Positions 37,803 to 45,412 of a stretch of 64,000 bases of DNA are shown here, in pieces. How positions within the stretch are numbered: position 1 is the first letter of the stretch; every line of letters begins with the position of its first letter. This DNA comes from Deltaproteobacteria bacterium (GTDB lineage Bacteria > Desulfobacterota > Binatia > HRBIN30 > CADEER01). The stretch covers positions 325,078 through 389,077 of the forward strand of contig JAJCZJ010000020.1 in the NCBI GenBank assembly GCA_029262455.1. The letters run 5' to 3'. A model generated the notes under the pieces. It made no database searches. It was not told where the DNA came from and saw nothing but the letters and a program-made list of their open reading frames with translations. The translations under genes and the position numbers were made by a program.

Positions 37803-38930
37803 ATGATCTTCACGGTTTTCGTCGCACCGGTCGAACCAACGCAACAGTGGCGTGCCGATCTCCTCGAATACTCATGGCGACGCATCAAGCAGAGCGGCGA
37901 ACTGATCCGGCTGGCGCCAACCGCCCCCGGACGCGCACCAGGTAGCAGAGGGAGAGTCGGGAGAACCGTCAAAACGTTCGACTGGAACCCCCACCCGTAC
38001 ACCCAGGACGTGTACGCCGGCTATCAGACAACCGCCGGCGTACTCGAGTGGTTGTTCAACGAGCCGGCCGAAGGAACAGTCCTTTTGCTGGATTCGAGCT
38101 GCATCCTACGCCACCCGGTTACAGCAGAGGTCGAACCAGGCCACGTGCGCGGGTCGTCGTGGCCGGAGATCCCACTTGGCACGGACGGCCCATTCGGCCT
38201 GCATGATGATCTGAAGTTTCTCGAATCCTATTGCGTCAACCGCAAGCTCCCCCTCGCTCCCGTGCGGATGCCGATTTTGATCCACACGGCGGACCTGCGA
38301 AAAATCGCGGCGCGCTGGCTCGAGCTTACGGCGTTGATTCGATCCCATGCCGTAGGCGTTCACGGAAAATACCTTCATGCAGATCGCGTCGCCTACACCG
38401 TCGCCGCCGCCGAATACCGCATCCTCCACACCCTTGACGACCTCGGCACTACGACGTCGGATACCGGCAAAGACGTTCCGATCGTCGACTACAGCACACC
38501 GATCAAGTCCAAACAGGGAGAGATCGTCTGGGACCGAAAGGTCTATCGACCATGGGAGGCAGTCTACACCGAAAATGCGCGCGCAGGCGCAGGCAGAGAC
38601 GTACTCGGGATCCTGAACGAGATGGTGACGCGCCGCGAATCGGGAGCCGAGCTTGCGGCAACACGTCCACAGCGGTGCTACGGGGTGCGGGAAGCACGAA
38701 TTCTCGACGACATTCATCTCGAAGTACCTGGGTGTGCCGACTTGATGTCGCTGAATCAATCCGCGGCTGCCATCTGGGAGCTGTGCAACGGCGAGAACAC
38801 ACTCGCCGAGATCGTCAGCGAGCTCGAGAGACAATTCGACGCGTCACGCGAAACCCTCATGACATCCGTCGAATCGACGGCGAGGGATTTGGAAAGCTCA
38901 GGTGCCATCGAGCTGGAGGAGCTGTTCTGA
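37803..38930 (+). CDS. GT95/GT96-like glycosyltransferase fused to a C-terminal PqqD-like domain
   Basis: IFTVFVAPVEPTQQWRADLLEYSWRRIKQSGELIRL, AGVLEWLFNEPAEGTVLLLDSSCILRHPV, ILIHTADLRKIAARWLELT, ADRVAYTVAAAEYRILH. C-terminus: LMSLNQSAAAIWELCNGENTLAEIVSELERQFD. Confidence 0.6.
   Translation: MIFTVFVAPVEPTQQWRADLLEYSWRRIKQSGELIRLAPTAPGRAPGSRGRVGRTVKTFDWNPHPYTQDVYAGYQTTAGVLEWLFNEPAEGTVLLLDSSCILRHPVTAEVEPGHVRGSSWPEIPLGTDGPFGLHDDLKFLESYCVNRKLPLAPVRMPILIHTADLRKIAARWLELTALIRSHAVGVHGKYLHADRVAYTVAAAEYRILHTLDDLGTTTSDTGKDVPIVDYSTPIKSKQGEIVWDRKVYRPWEAVYTENARAGAGRDVLGILNEMVTRRESGAELAATRPQRCYGVREARILDDIHLEVPGCADLMSLNQSAAAIWELCNGENTLAEIVSELERQFDASRETLMTSVESTARDLESSGAIELEELF
38679..38927 (+). other. PqqD-like domain, copy 2, C-terminal
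   Basis: Last ~82 aa of ORF 37803..38930. Confidence 0.6.
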
Positions 38931-40156
38931 TGGCATCCAAAGCAAAACCAAGCGCCAAAAAGTCCGTGCCGACCACAAAAACAAAGCACGCAGCAAAACG
39001 TGCCAAAGCCTCGGCCAAGAAAACAGCCAAAGCGCCGCCCGGAAAAGCCACGACAGCACGGGCGAAGAAGACCACCAAGACTCCGGCCTCCAAGAGCCCC
39101 AAAACCCGGACCCAAAGGACCCGGGCCCAAAAGCCCCGGGCCCGCAAAGCCGCGCTCAAAGTATCGCAAACGGTGTCGCCCAAAGGATCGCAAACGACTT
39201 CGAAGACGGAGCGAACGACCCCATCGCCTCGCGCAAAGTCGCGGCAGGCCACAAAACAACCCCAGATCTTCGTGTCGATCGCCTCCTACCGCGACCAGTT
39301 TCTTCACTTCACCATCGAGTCGGTGCTCAAACAGGCGACGTACCCAGAACGGTTGACCTTCGGCCTCTGCTGGCAAGCCGACGACACCGAGCAACTCGAT
39401 CAATACCTGCACGATCCGCGTTTCCGCATTCGCAAGTACCCGTACTACGCGAGCCTCGGCTACGGTTGGGCAAGAGCCGAGATCCAAAAACTATACGCCG
39501 GCGAAGAGTACCATCTACTGATCGATTCTCACACGTATCTCGCCAAGGGGTGGGACGAGAATCTGATCGCGCAACTCGAGAGCAAGCCGGGCGAGAAGCC
39601 GCTACTGACGACCAGCTCACCCCCTTTCACCTTCGACAATGACGGCAACGTCGTAATCCCGTGGCAAGGGACCGAACACGACGGCGTGCCGCTGATGAAG
39701 TGCGCACGAATCCAACCGGCAGGGTGGGTCGACATCCAGATGTCCAATGAGCGCAAGTCCACCAAACATCAAACCACCGGATTGGTGTGCTGTAACTTTG
39801 TCTTCACGCACGGGGCTTGGATCCGCGAAGTGCCCGAGGATCCGGCGATGATCAACGCCGGCCACGAGTCAGCCCTTTCGGTTCGTACCTTCACCCACGG
39901 ATACGACATCTACCTGCCCGACGAAATTCAAATCTGGCACCTCGACTACAACAACTACCCGAACGGTGAGCGCAACAAGGTATGGGAAGCAAAGTCCGAC
40001 AGTTGGCAGTCTGAGGGCACCGAGATCATGCTGCGGCGGCTGCAAGCGCTGTTCTACAACCGCGGCGACCGCGCCTCGCTCGGCCGCTACGGACTCGGTC
40101 GATCCCGCACCGTAGCCGACTGGGCGGAGATCACCGGACTCGACCTCAGTGACTGA
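38930..40156 (+). CDS. Lys/Ala/Thr/Pro-rich basic N-terminal extension (~111 aa) fused to a GT60 Gnt1-like (PF11397) glycosyltransferase
   Basis: Inner part of ORF 38552..40156. ATGA overlap with the upstream stop, GGAGGAG SD at 38915-38921. MASKAKPSAKKSVPTTKTKHAAKRAKASAKK..., then QIFVSIASYRDQFL, LLIDSHTY. Confidence 0.65.
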   Translation: MASKAKPSAKKSVPTTKTKHAAKRAKASAKKTAKAPPGKATTARAKKTTKTPASKSPKTRTQRTRAQKPRARKAALKVSQTVSPKGSQTTSKTERTTPSPRAKSRQATKQPQIFVSIASYRDQFLHFTIESVLKQATYPERLTFGLCWQADDTEQLDQYLHDPRFRIRKYPYYASLGYGWARAEIQKLYAGEEYHLLIDSHTYLAKGWDENLIAQLESKPGEKPLLTTSSPPFTFDNDGNVVIPWQGTEHDGVPLMKCARIQPAGWVDIQMSNERKSTKHQTTGLVCCNFVFTHGAWIREVPEDPAMINAGHESALSVRTFTHGYDIYLPDEIQIWHLDYNNYPNGERNKVWEAKSDSWQSEGTEIMLRRLQALFYNRGDRASLGRYGLGRSRTVADWAEITGLDLSD

Positions 40157-41942
40157 CGTCGACTCCGCACTACTGCCAATTCCCCAACCCGAGTGGCGTG
40201 CTTCTTTATCCGGCGACGGCGCGGCAGTTGATGTCCTGATTTTAAGCAAGGACCGCGCCTGCCAACTCGACGGACTGCTGCGCACGATGCGCGCGTTCCT
40301 GACCATCCCACACCGGAAATACGTACTGTACAAGACGTCTAATTTGGCGTTCGAGCGCGGCTACGACATGCTCCGCCGGTGGAATCCCGAGGTCGAGTTC
40401 ATCGACGAGGCGCAAACGTTTCGACAATGCTACCTCGACCTCGTGGCAAGGATCGCCGCCGGGCCTGGTCGCTACTGGATGCCGGTGATGGACGACATGA
40501 TCTTCACTCGCACGTTCACCGCACAGCCACTCATCGACCTCCTCGACACAGACGAGGACGTGCTGGCGATCTCTCTGCGCCTCGGCGAGAACATTACCTA
40601 TTGCTACACCCGAAACGCTCCAACCACACCTCCGGACTTCAGCAACGGACACCGTTGGGAATGGAGAACAGCCAGCCCAGGCTACTGGAACTATCCAATG
40701 TCCGTCGACGCCAACATCTACCGCACGGCGGAAATGGCCGAATACATCCCGACCCTCCAATTCGGCAAGGCTGAAGTCATCGAGGCACGCATGGCCGGGG
40801 TGCCCTTGAACCGCCCCCATATGCTGTGTGAACCGACCCCCAGCGTACTCAATCTCGCGATCAACCGCGTTCAACACACCTTCAAGAATCGGCACGGCAC
40901 AATCACGCCAGAAGCCCTGAACGGCGCTTTCCTCGCGGGTTTCGCGATGGATGTGCGCCCGTTGCTGGGTCGAACCTTCAACGCCTGTCACGTCGAGGTC
41001 GAGCTGTCCTTGGTCCCCGATGCGCGCGAGCGCCCCGGCGCAACGCCCCTCTCTTCGACCGGCTGGAAACCACAGCGAAACGGCGCCGTCGTCGTGACCG
41101 AGAGCCATGCTGTCGTGACGCTCAAGAGGAACGGAACGAAGCTCAAACTCAATCAGAGCGCCGAAGAGATCTGGAAACTGTGCGACGGAACACGAACGCC
41201 CGAGGACATCCAAAACGAGCTCGCGCAACATTTTGACGCAACCCCGCGCCAGCTTCACAGCGGCGTACGAAGCGCCCTGGCGAATTTCATCAATCACGGC
41301 CTTCTCCGTCAGGAACGCCCGGAAGGCGCATACCGCCGCATCGACCTGCGCCAGATTCCCTGCTTCGTGATCAATTGCGAAGCCGATGCTGAGAAGGACA
41401 CGTTGATGAAGCGTCAGCTCGCTGAGCTCGGGATACCGTACGAACGTGTACCCGGGATCGCCGCAAGCCCGGATTGGGTCGGCGTCGCGCTGTCGCACCT
41501 CAAAGTGCTTCGCCTGACCCGCTCGACGACACCCTTCCTGGTGCTCGAGGACGATTGCTTGTTCAACGACCGCTTCCAACCAGTGTGGCAAGTACCGGTC
41601 GAGGCCGACGCCCTGTATCTCGGCGTTTCCGAGTTCGGCCTCGAGACCCCCGGTCACTTCAGCTGGGGCCGCCGGCGCAAGAACCAATGGAGACCCTACG
41701 ACCGGTCCTTCCTCCGCATTTTCAACATGCTCGCACGCCATGCGGTCGTGTACCTTTCCAACGACTACTGCGAGCAAGTCATCCAATCGCAAATCGAAGC
41801 ACTGACGAATCGAAGTTTGCCGTACCCTGGGGACATCGGCTGCGCGATGCTGCAAGCATCGCACGTCGTCCTGACCCCGAACGAACCGATCTGCCGGCAA
41901 ACCGGTCGTGACTCGACCGTGCGTCCGTTGCCGGAGCTCTGA
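40149..41942 (+). CDS. Three-domain protein: GT-A-like domain, central PqqD-like domain, GT25-like domain
   Basis: VDVLILSKDRACQLDGLLRTM; central KLKLNQSAEEIWKLCDGTRTPEDIQNELAQHFD; C-terminal IPCFVINCEADAEKDTLMKRQLAELGIPYERVPGI...FLVLEDDC. Confidence 0.6.
   Translation: MTDVDSALLPIPQPEWRASLSGDGAAVDVLILSKDRACQLDGLLRTMRAFLTIPHRKYVLYKTSNLAFERGYDMLRRWNPEVEFIDEAQTFRQCYLDLVARIAAGPGRYWMPVMDDMIFTRTFTAQPLIDLLDTDEDVLAISLRLGENITYCYTRNAPTTPPDFSNGHRWEWRTASPGYWNYPMSVDANIYRTAEMAEYIPTLQFGKAEVIEARMAGVPLNRPHMLCEPTPSVLNLAINRVQHTFKNRHGTITPEALNGAFLAGFAMDVRPLLGRTFNACHVEVELSLVPDARERPGATPLSSTGWKPQRNGAVVVTESHAVVTLKRNGTKLKLNQSAEEIWKLCDGTRTPEDIQNELAQHFDATPRQLHSGVRSALANFINHGLLRQERPEGAYRRIDLRQIPCFVINCEADAEKDTLMKRQLAELGIPYERVPGIAASPDWVGVALSHLKVLRLTRSTTPFLVLEDDCLFNDRFQPVWQVPVEADALYLGVSEFGLETPGHFSWGRRRKNQWRPYDRSFLRIFNMLARHAVVYLSNDYCEQVIQSQIEALTNRSLPYPGDIGCAMLQASHVVLTPNEPICRQTGRDSTVRPLPEL
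41079..41315 (+). other. PqqD-like domain, copy 3, internal
   Basis: aa 311-389 of ORF 40149..41942. Confidence 0.6.
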
Positions 41943-41977
41943 TCGAACGAGCCGTTCCTCCAAGCCGGATCCATACA

Positions 41978-44900
41978 GTGAAAAAGGGCACAATCCACGA
42001 TCTCTTCTCCCGCACCGCTTGCGTCGTGTCCGACAGGCACCGATTCATCTATTTGACGGCGCAAAACGCCACGTCTTCCCTGAAGGCCGAGCTGTCGAAC
42101 GAGCACTGCGGCGGCGTTGTCCTCGCCCGCGCACAGGTGGCTGATAAACTCTGGAACCAATACTTTACGTTCGCCTTCCTGCGCGACCCGCTGACGCGCT
42201 TTCTCTCCGCCTATCAGGAAGTGTCTCTGCACATGGAGCGTGACAAACTCGAACCGCGCCCTTTCGGCCGGATGCCCGACGGCCTCGATCGCTTTCAGGC
42301 ATTTCTCGCGGACGTCGAGCAGAACGGTCCGTGGAACGAGCACATTGCACTCCAGCTAGCCTTCGTCGAGCGCCGAAGAATCGACTTTTGGGGGCTCGTC
42401 GAAACGCTGCAAGACGACTTCCAACAAATCTACACCCGGCTGGGATTGGGGACCTGTCCCGTTCTGCCAAAACGCCGCTCTCGCAGCGGCCGTGAGGAAA
42501 AGGACGGCATCTCGCGCTTCGCCTTCCATCCGGAGGACCTCGATGCGACGACAATTGAGCGCATCTACGACCTCTACCGTGAGGACGTCTTGCTGATTCG
42601 AGCGGTTCGCCCCGACGCACCTGAAATGCAGCCGCACTCAACCCGTGCCGCACCGCCCCCCGGAATGGTGCAGGTGGCGATCGCCCTGGCCAACGGCGGC
42701 GAATACTCCCTCGAACTTCCGCCCGGCCAACCAGAGCTGGGCGCTCTGCAAGCTGTGGTATCACCACAACAATCCGATGGACGTTTTCTCGGCCCGCAAG
42801 TTCTGCAGGTTCCACTGCGTGGTGGCAATTCCGCGCTGACGTTTTCCACGCAGCACCTCGTTCGTCTCGAGCTACGCCCCCCCGACGCCCGAGAACTGCG
42901 CCGAATCGAGGCGCCGGCCACCGGCACGGGCAACTCCGGAGTGAATCTAATAAACGTCGGGAACAAGCGGCCGCCAACCGAGGACCCATCGAGCAATATC
43001 GACGAGGCGCATCTCGGTGGCTACATTCGTGCGGCCAATACACCGATTCTCCACAGCGCCGCAGGCCCACACGGGGACCGGGGAACCTGGAATCCGCTGC
43101 TGTGGCGTTGGGCAATCGAAGATCTCGACGTGCGATCAGTGATCGATATCGGATGCGGCGAGGGACACGCCGCCGGATTTTTCTCCGACGGCGGGTGTGA
43201 AGTGCTCGCGCTCGATGGCAGCCTTCAAGCGCGCTATTCCAGCGTTGTTCCAGATCGCCACGTCGTACACGACTTCGTCGAGGGACCTTTCGTCCCAGAG
43301 AAAAGCTTCGACATGGCCTGGACCTGCGAGTTCGTCGAACACGTCGAGGCGCGTTTTCTCCACAATTTCCTGGCTACGATCGCATCGAGCCGCAAGTACG
43401 TGATGATGACGTTCGCCAGCCCGACACAAACAGGCTGGCATCACGTCAATTGCCAAGAACAGGGTTACTGGGTCGATCAGTTGGGACGCCTCGGGTTTCG
43501 CCTGGACGACGATCTAACCGAGAGAGGCCGAGCCTTGGCTCACTCTCATTTTCGCGAACGTGGCCTGGTCTTCGTCCGGCACCATCGAAAAGGCGAGTCA
43601 TCGAAGTCCACAGAACCGTCGCTGCGCGCGACTGCCGAGAGTCACTGTCTCGACCCGCTGCCGGTCCAATCCATGCAGGTCGCACAGCGCGAGAGCGATG
43701 CCTTCTACCTGTTTGTCGACATCTTCGTGCATCCGACCGCACCGAGAATCGTGGCGATCTCACCACCCTATGGCGAAGACTGGAATCCTAACGTTGTCGG
43801 CATCGACTACGATGCCGTCGACCTTGTATTCGGTGACATACGCGTCCGCGGCCGCTGCCTGCGGCACCGTCTCGACTCCTGGGAGCCTTGCATGCTTCTC
43901 GAGTTCGAGGACGAAGACCTAACAGAGCGCATTCGGGCCAACGACGAGATCAACGTCACGATCGAGGCCGGCTCGCATTCGTCGTCCTTCGTCCTGACGA
44001 CCCGCCCAGCGCCAGCCTACGATGTCGCAATGAGCCTCGTCGTACGCAACGAAAACCGCTGGATCCGCACGTTTCTCGACTACTACCTCGACTGCGTCAA
44101 AGCCGACCACGTCTTCATCTACGACAACGGAACGTCGGAACAAGACCAGCTGCTTTCCATTCTTCACCCGTACCGAGAGCGCGGGCAAGTGACGTACATC
44201 CCGTGGGATTTTCGCTGGCGCAACCGCATCGACCGCAAGATGATCGGCCAACCGACACAGGAGGCTCACTCCCTTGCAAGATTCGCAAACACCGGGTGGA
44301 TCGGCTTTCTCGACATCGACGAGTTCCTGCGCTTGCCGCACAGCACCCTGCCACAATTTCTCGCTCGCTTCGCGTCCGCGGAGGTCGACGGACTCTCGTT
44401 CGGTATCCGGTGGTTTTCTTACGAGGGCCCGCTTGCACTCGATGAGATTACGAGTGTGCCACTGCAATTCCTCCACTCGCGCCGCAATGAGCTCGGCCGA
44501 AAACGGCAGAAGTTCTTCGTCAAAGGCGGCGGCTCGAAGTTTCTTCGCTTGCATTGGCTCGAAGACGGAGGTCGCGAACTGCCCATCGACGACACCGAGA
44601 TCTACTTTCACCACTACGATCAACGTCCCGGCCGTTTCGAAGAAGGAAAGCAAATCGGAGGAGCGCGCGACGAATACATGCTGCGCTTCGCCGACCAGCT
44701 CTCGCGCCCCGAGCGGCACAGAGCCCCTCTAACCGAGAGAGGATGGATCACCCACATCAACTCTTCGATCGAACGCGCCGAACGCGACACCTCCAAACTC
44801 ACCCCGGAAGTCCTCGCCGTCGACGGCATGTGCGGGCGCTACACCCGTCACTTCTACAACAACCTCTGCAGCTTCGGAGGATGCCGCTACCTCGAGATCG

Positions 44901-45385
44901 GCAGCTATCACGGGGCCAGCACCTGCGCGGCAATCTTCGGCAACGACGTATCCGCCGTGTGCATCGACAATTGGACACAGTTTCACGGCAAGCGAAGCCG
45001 CTTCGAGGATGCCCTACGACGCTTCCGAGGAGATCGCTCGGTCCGAGTCATCGAGCAAAACTGCTTCGAAGTAGACGCCTCAAGCCTCGGCCCATTCGAC
45101 ATCTATCTCTACGATGGCGACCACAGCCAGCAGAACCAGTACCGAGCCTTGCAGCACTTCGTTCAGACGCTGGCCAAGCTCGCCGTAGTCGTCATCGACG
45201 ACTGGAATCGTCGGCATATCCGTCGGGGGACACAGGACGCGATTCGGGACCTCGAACTCGATGTAATCTTCGACCGAGAGATCCTACTGCCAACCGACCA
45301 GACGGCGGATGAAAACCGTGACGCTGGAGCGCGAACTTGGTGGAACGGACTCTACATCATGCTCGTTCGCAGTAGAACGCAGTAG
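41978..45385 (+). CDS. 1135-aa five-module enzyme: sulfotransferase, shared ~75-aa domain, class I SAM-MTase, GT92/Glyco_tranf_2_4-like, second SAM-MTase (Methyltransf_24-like)
   Basis: FTFAFLRDPLTRFLSAY; MVQVAIALANGGEYSLELPP...LQVPLRGGNSALTF; VIDIGCGEGHAAGF; SLVVRNENRWIRTFLDYYL...FIYDNGTS...FLDIDEFL; YLEIGSYHGAST...IYLYDGDHS...VVIDDWN. GTG start has a weak SD. Confidence 0.65.
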   Translation: MKKGTIHDLFSRTACVVSDRHRFIYLTAQNATSSLKAELSNEHCGGVVLARAQVADKLWNQYFTFAFLRDPLTRFLSAYQEVSLHMERDKLEPRPFGRMPDGLDRFQAFLADVEQNGPWNEHIALQLAFVERRRIDFWGLVETLQDDFQQIYTRLGLGTCPVLPKRRSRSGREEKDGISRFAFHPEDLDATTIERIYDLYREDVLLIRAVRPDAPEMQPHSTRAAPPPGMVQVAIALANGGEYSLELPPGQPELGALQAVVSPQQSDGRFLGPQVLQVPLRGGNSALTFSTQHLVRLELRPPDARELRRIEAPATGTGNSGVNLINVGNKRPPTEDPSSNIDEAHLGGYIRAANTPILHSAAGPHGDRGTWNPLLWRWAIEDLDVRSVIDIGCGEGHAAGFFSDGGCEVLALDGSLQARYSSVVPDRHVVHDFVEGPFVPEKSFDMAWTCEFVEHVEARFLHNFLATIASSRKYVMMTFASPTQTGWHHVNCQEQGYWVDQLGRLGFRLDDDLTERGRALAHSHFRERGLVFVRHHRKGESSKSTEPSLRATAESHCLDPLPVQSMQVAQRESDAFYLFVDIFVHPTAPRIVAISPPYGEDWNPNVVGIDYDAVDLVFGDIRVRGRCLRHRLDSWEPCMLLEFEDEDLTERIRANDEINVTIEAGSHSSSFVLTTRPAPAYDVAMSLVVRNENRWIRTFLDYYLDCVKADHVFIYDNGTSEQDQLLSILHPYRERGQVTYIPWDFRWRNRIDRKMIGQPTQEAHSLARFANTGWIGFLDIDEFLRLPHSTLPQFLARFASAEVDGLSFGIRWFSYEGPLALDEITSVPLQFLHSRRNELGRKRQKFFVKGGGSKFLRLHWLEDGGRELPIDDTEIYFHHYDQRPGRFEEGKQIGGARDEYMLRFADQLSRPERHRAPLTERGWITHINSSIERAERDTSKLTPEVLAVDGMCGRYTRHFYNNLCSFGGCRYLEIGSYHGASTCAAIFGNDVSAVCIDNWTQFHGKRSRFEDALRRFRGDRSVRVIEQNCFEVDASSLGPFDIYLYDGDHSQQNQYRALQHFVQTLAKLAVVVIDDWNRRHIRRGTQDAIRDLELDVIFDREILLPTDQTADENRDAGARTWWNGLYIMLVRSRTQ

Positions 45386-45412
45386 AAACGCCGCAAATAT
45401 CGAAACCGGGAA

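Noticed and set aside
36077-43115. Long antisense ORFs 36077..37273, 38106..38834, 38756..39487, 40242..41993 and 42165..43115.
   Set aside because: They are antisense to motif-bearing plus-strand genes and their sequences are low-complexity Arg/Gly/Pro/Val-rich.
45368-45387. A 10-bp tandem duplication CGCAGTAGAA x2 spans the stop codon of the 1135-aa gene.
   Set aside because: It is a single duplication with no obvious structural or regulatory consequence, and the TAG in the first copy is out of frame. Noted only.
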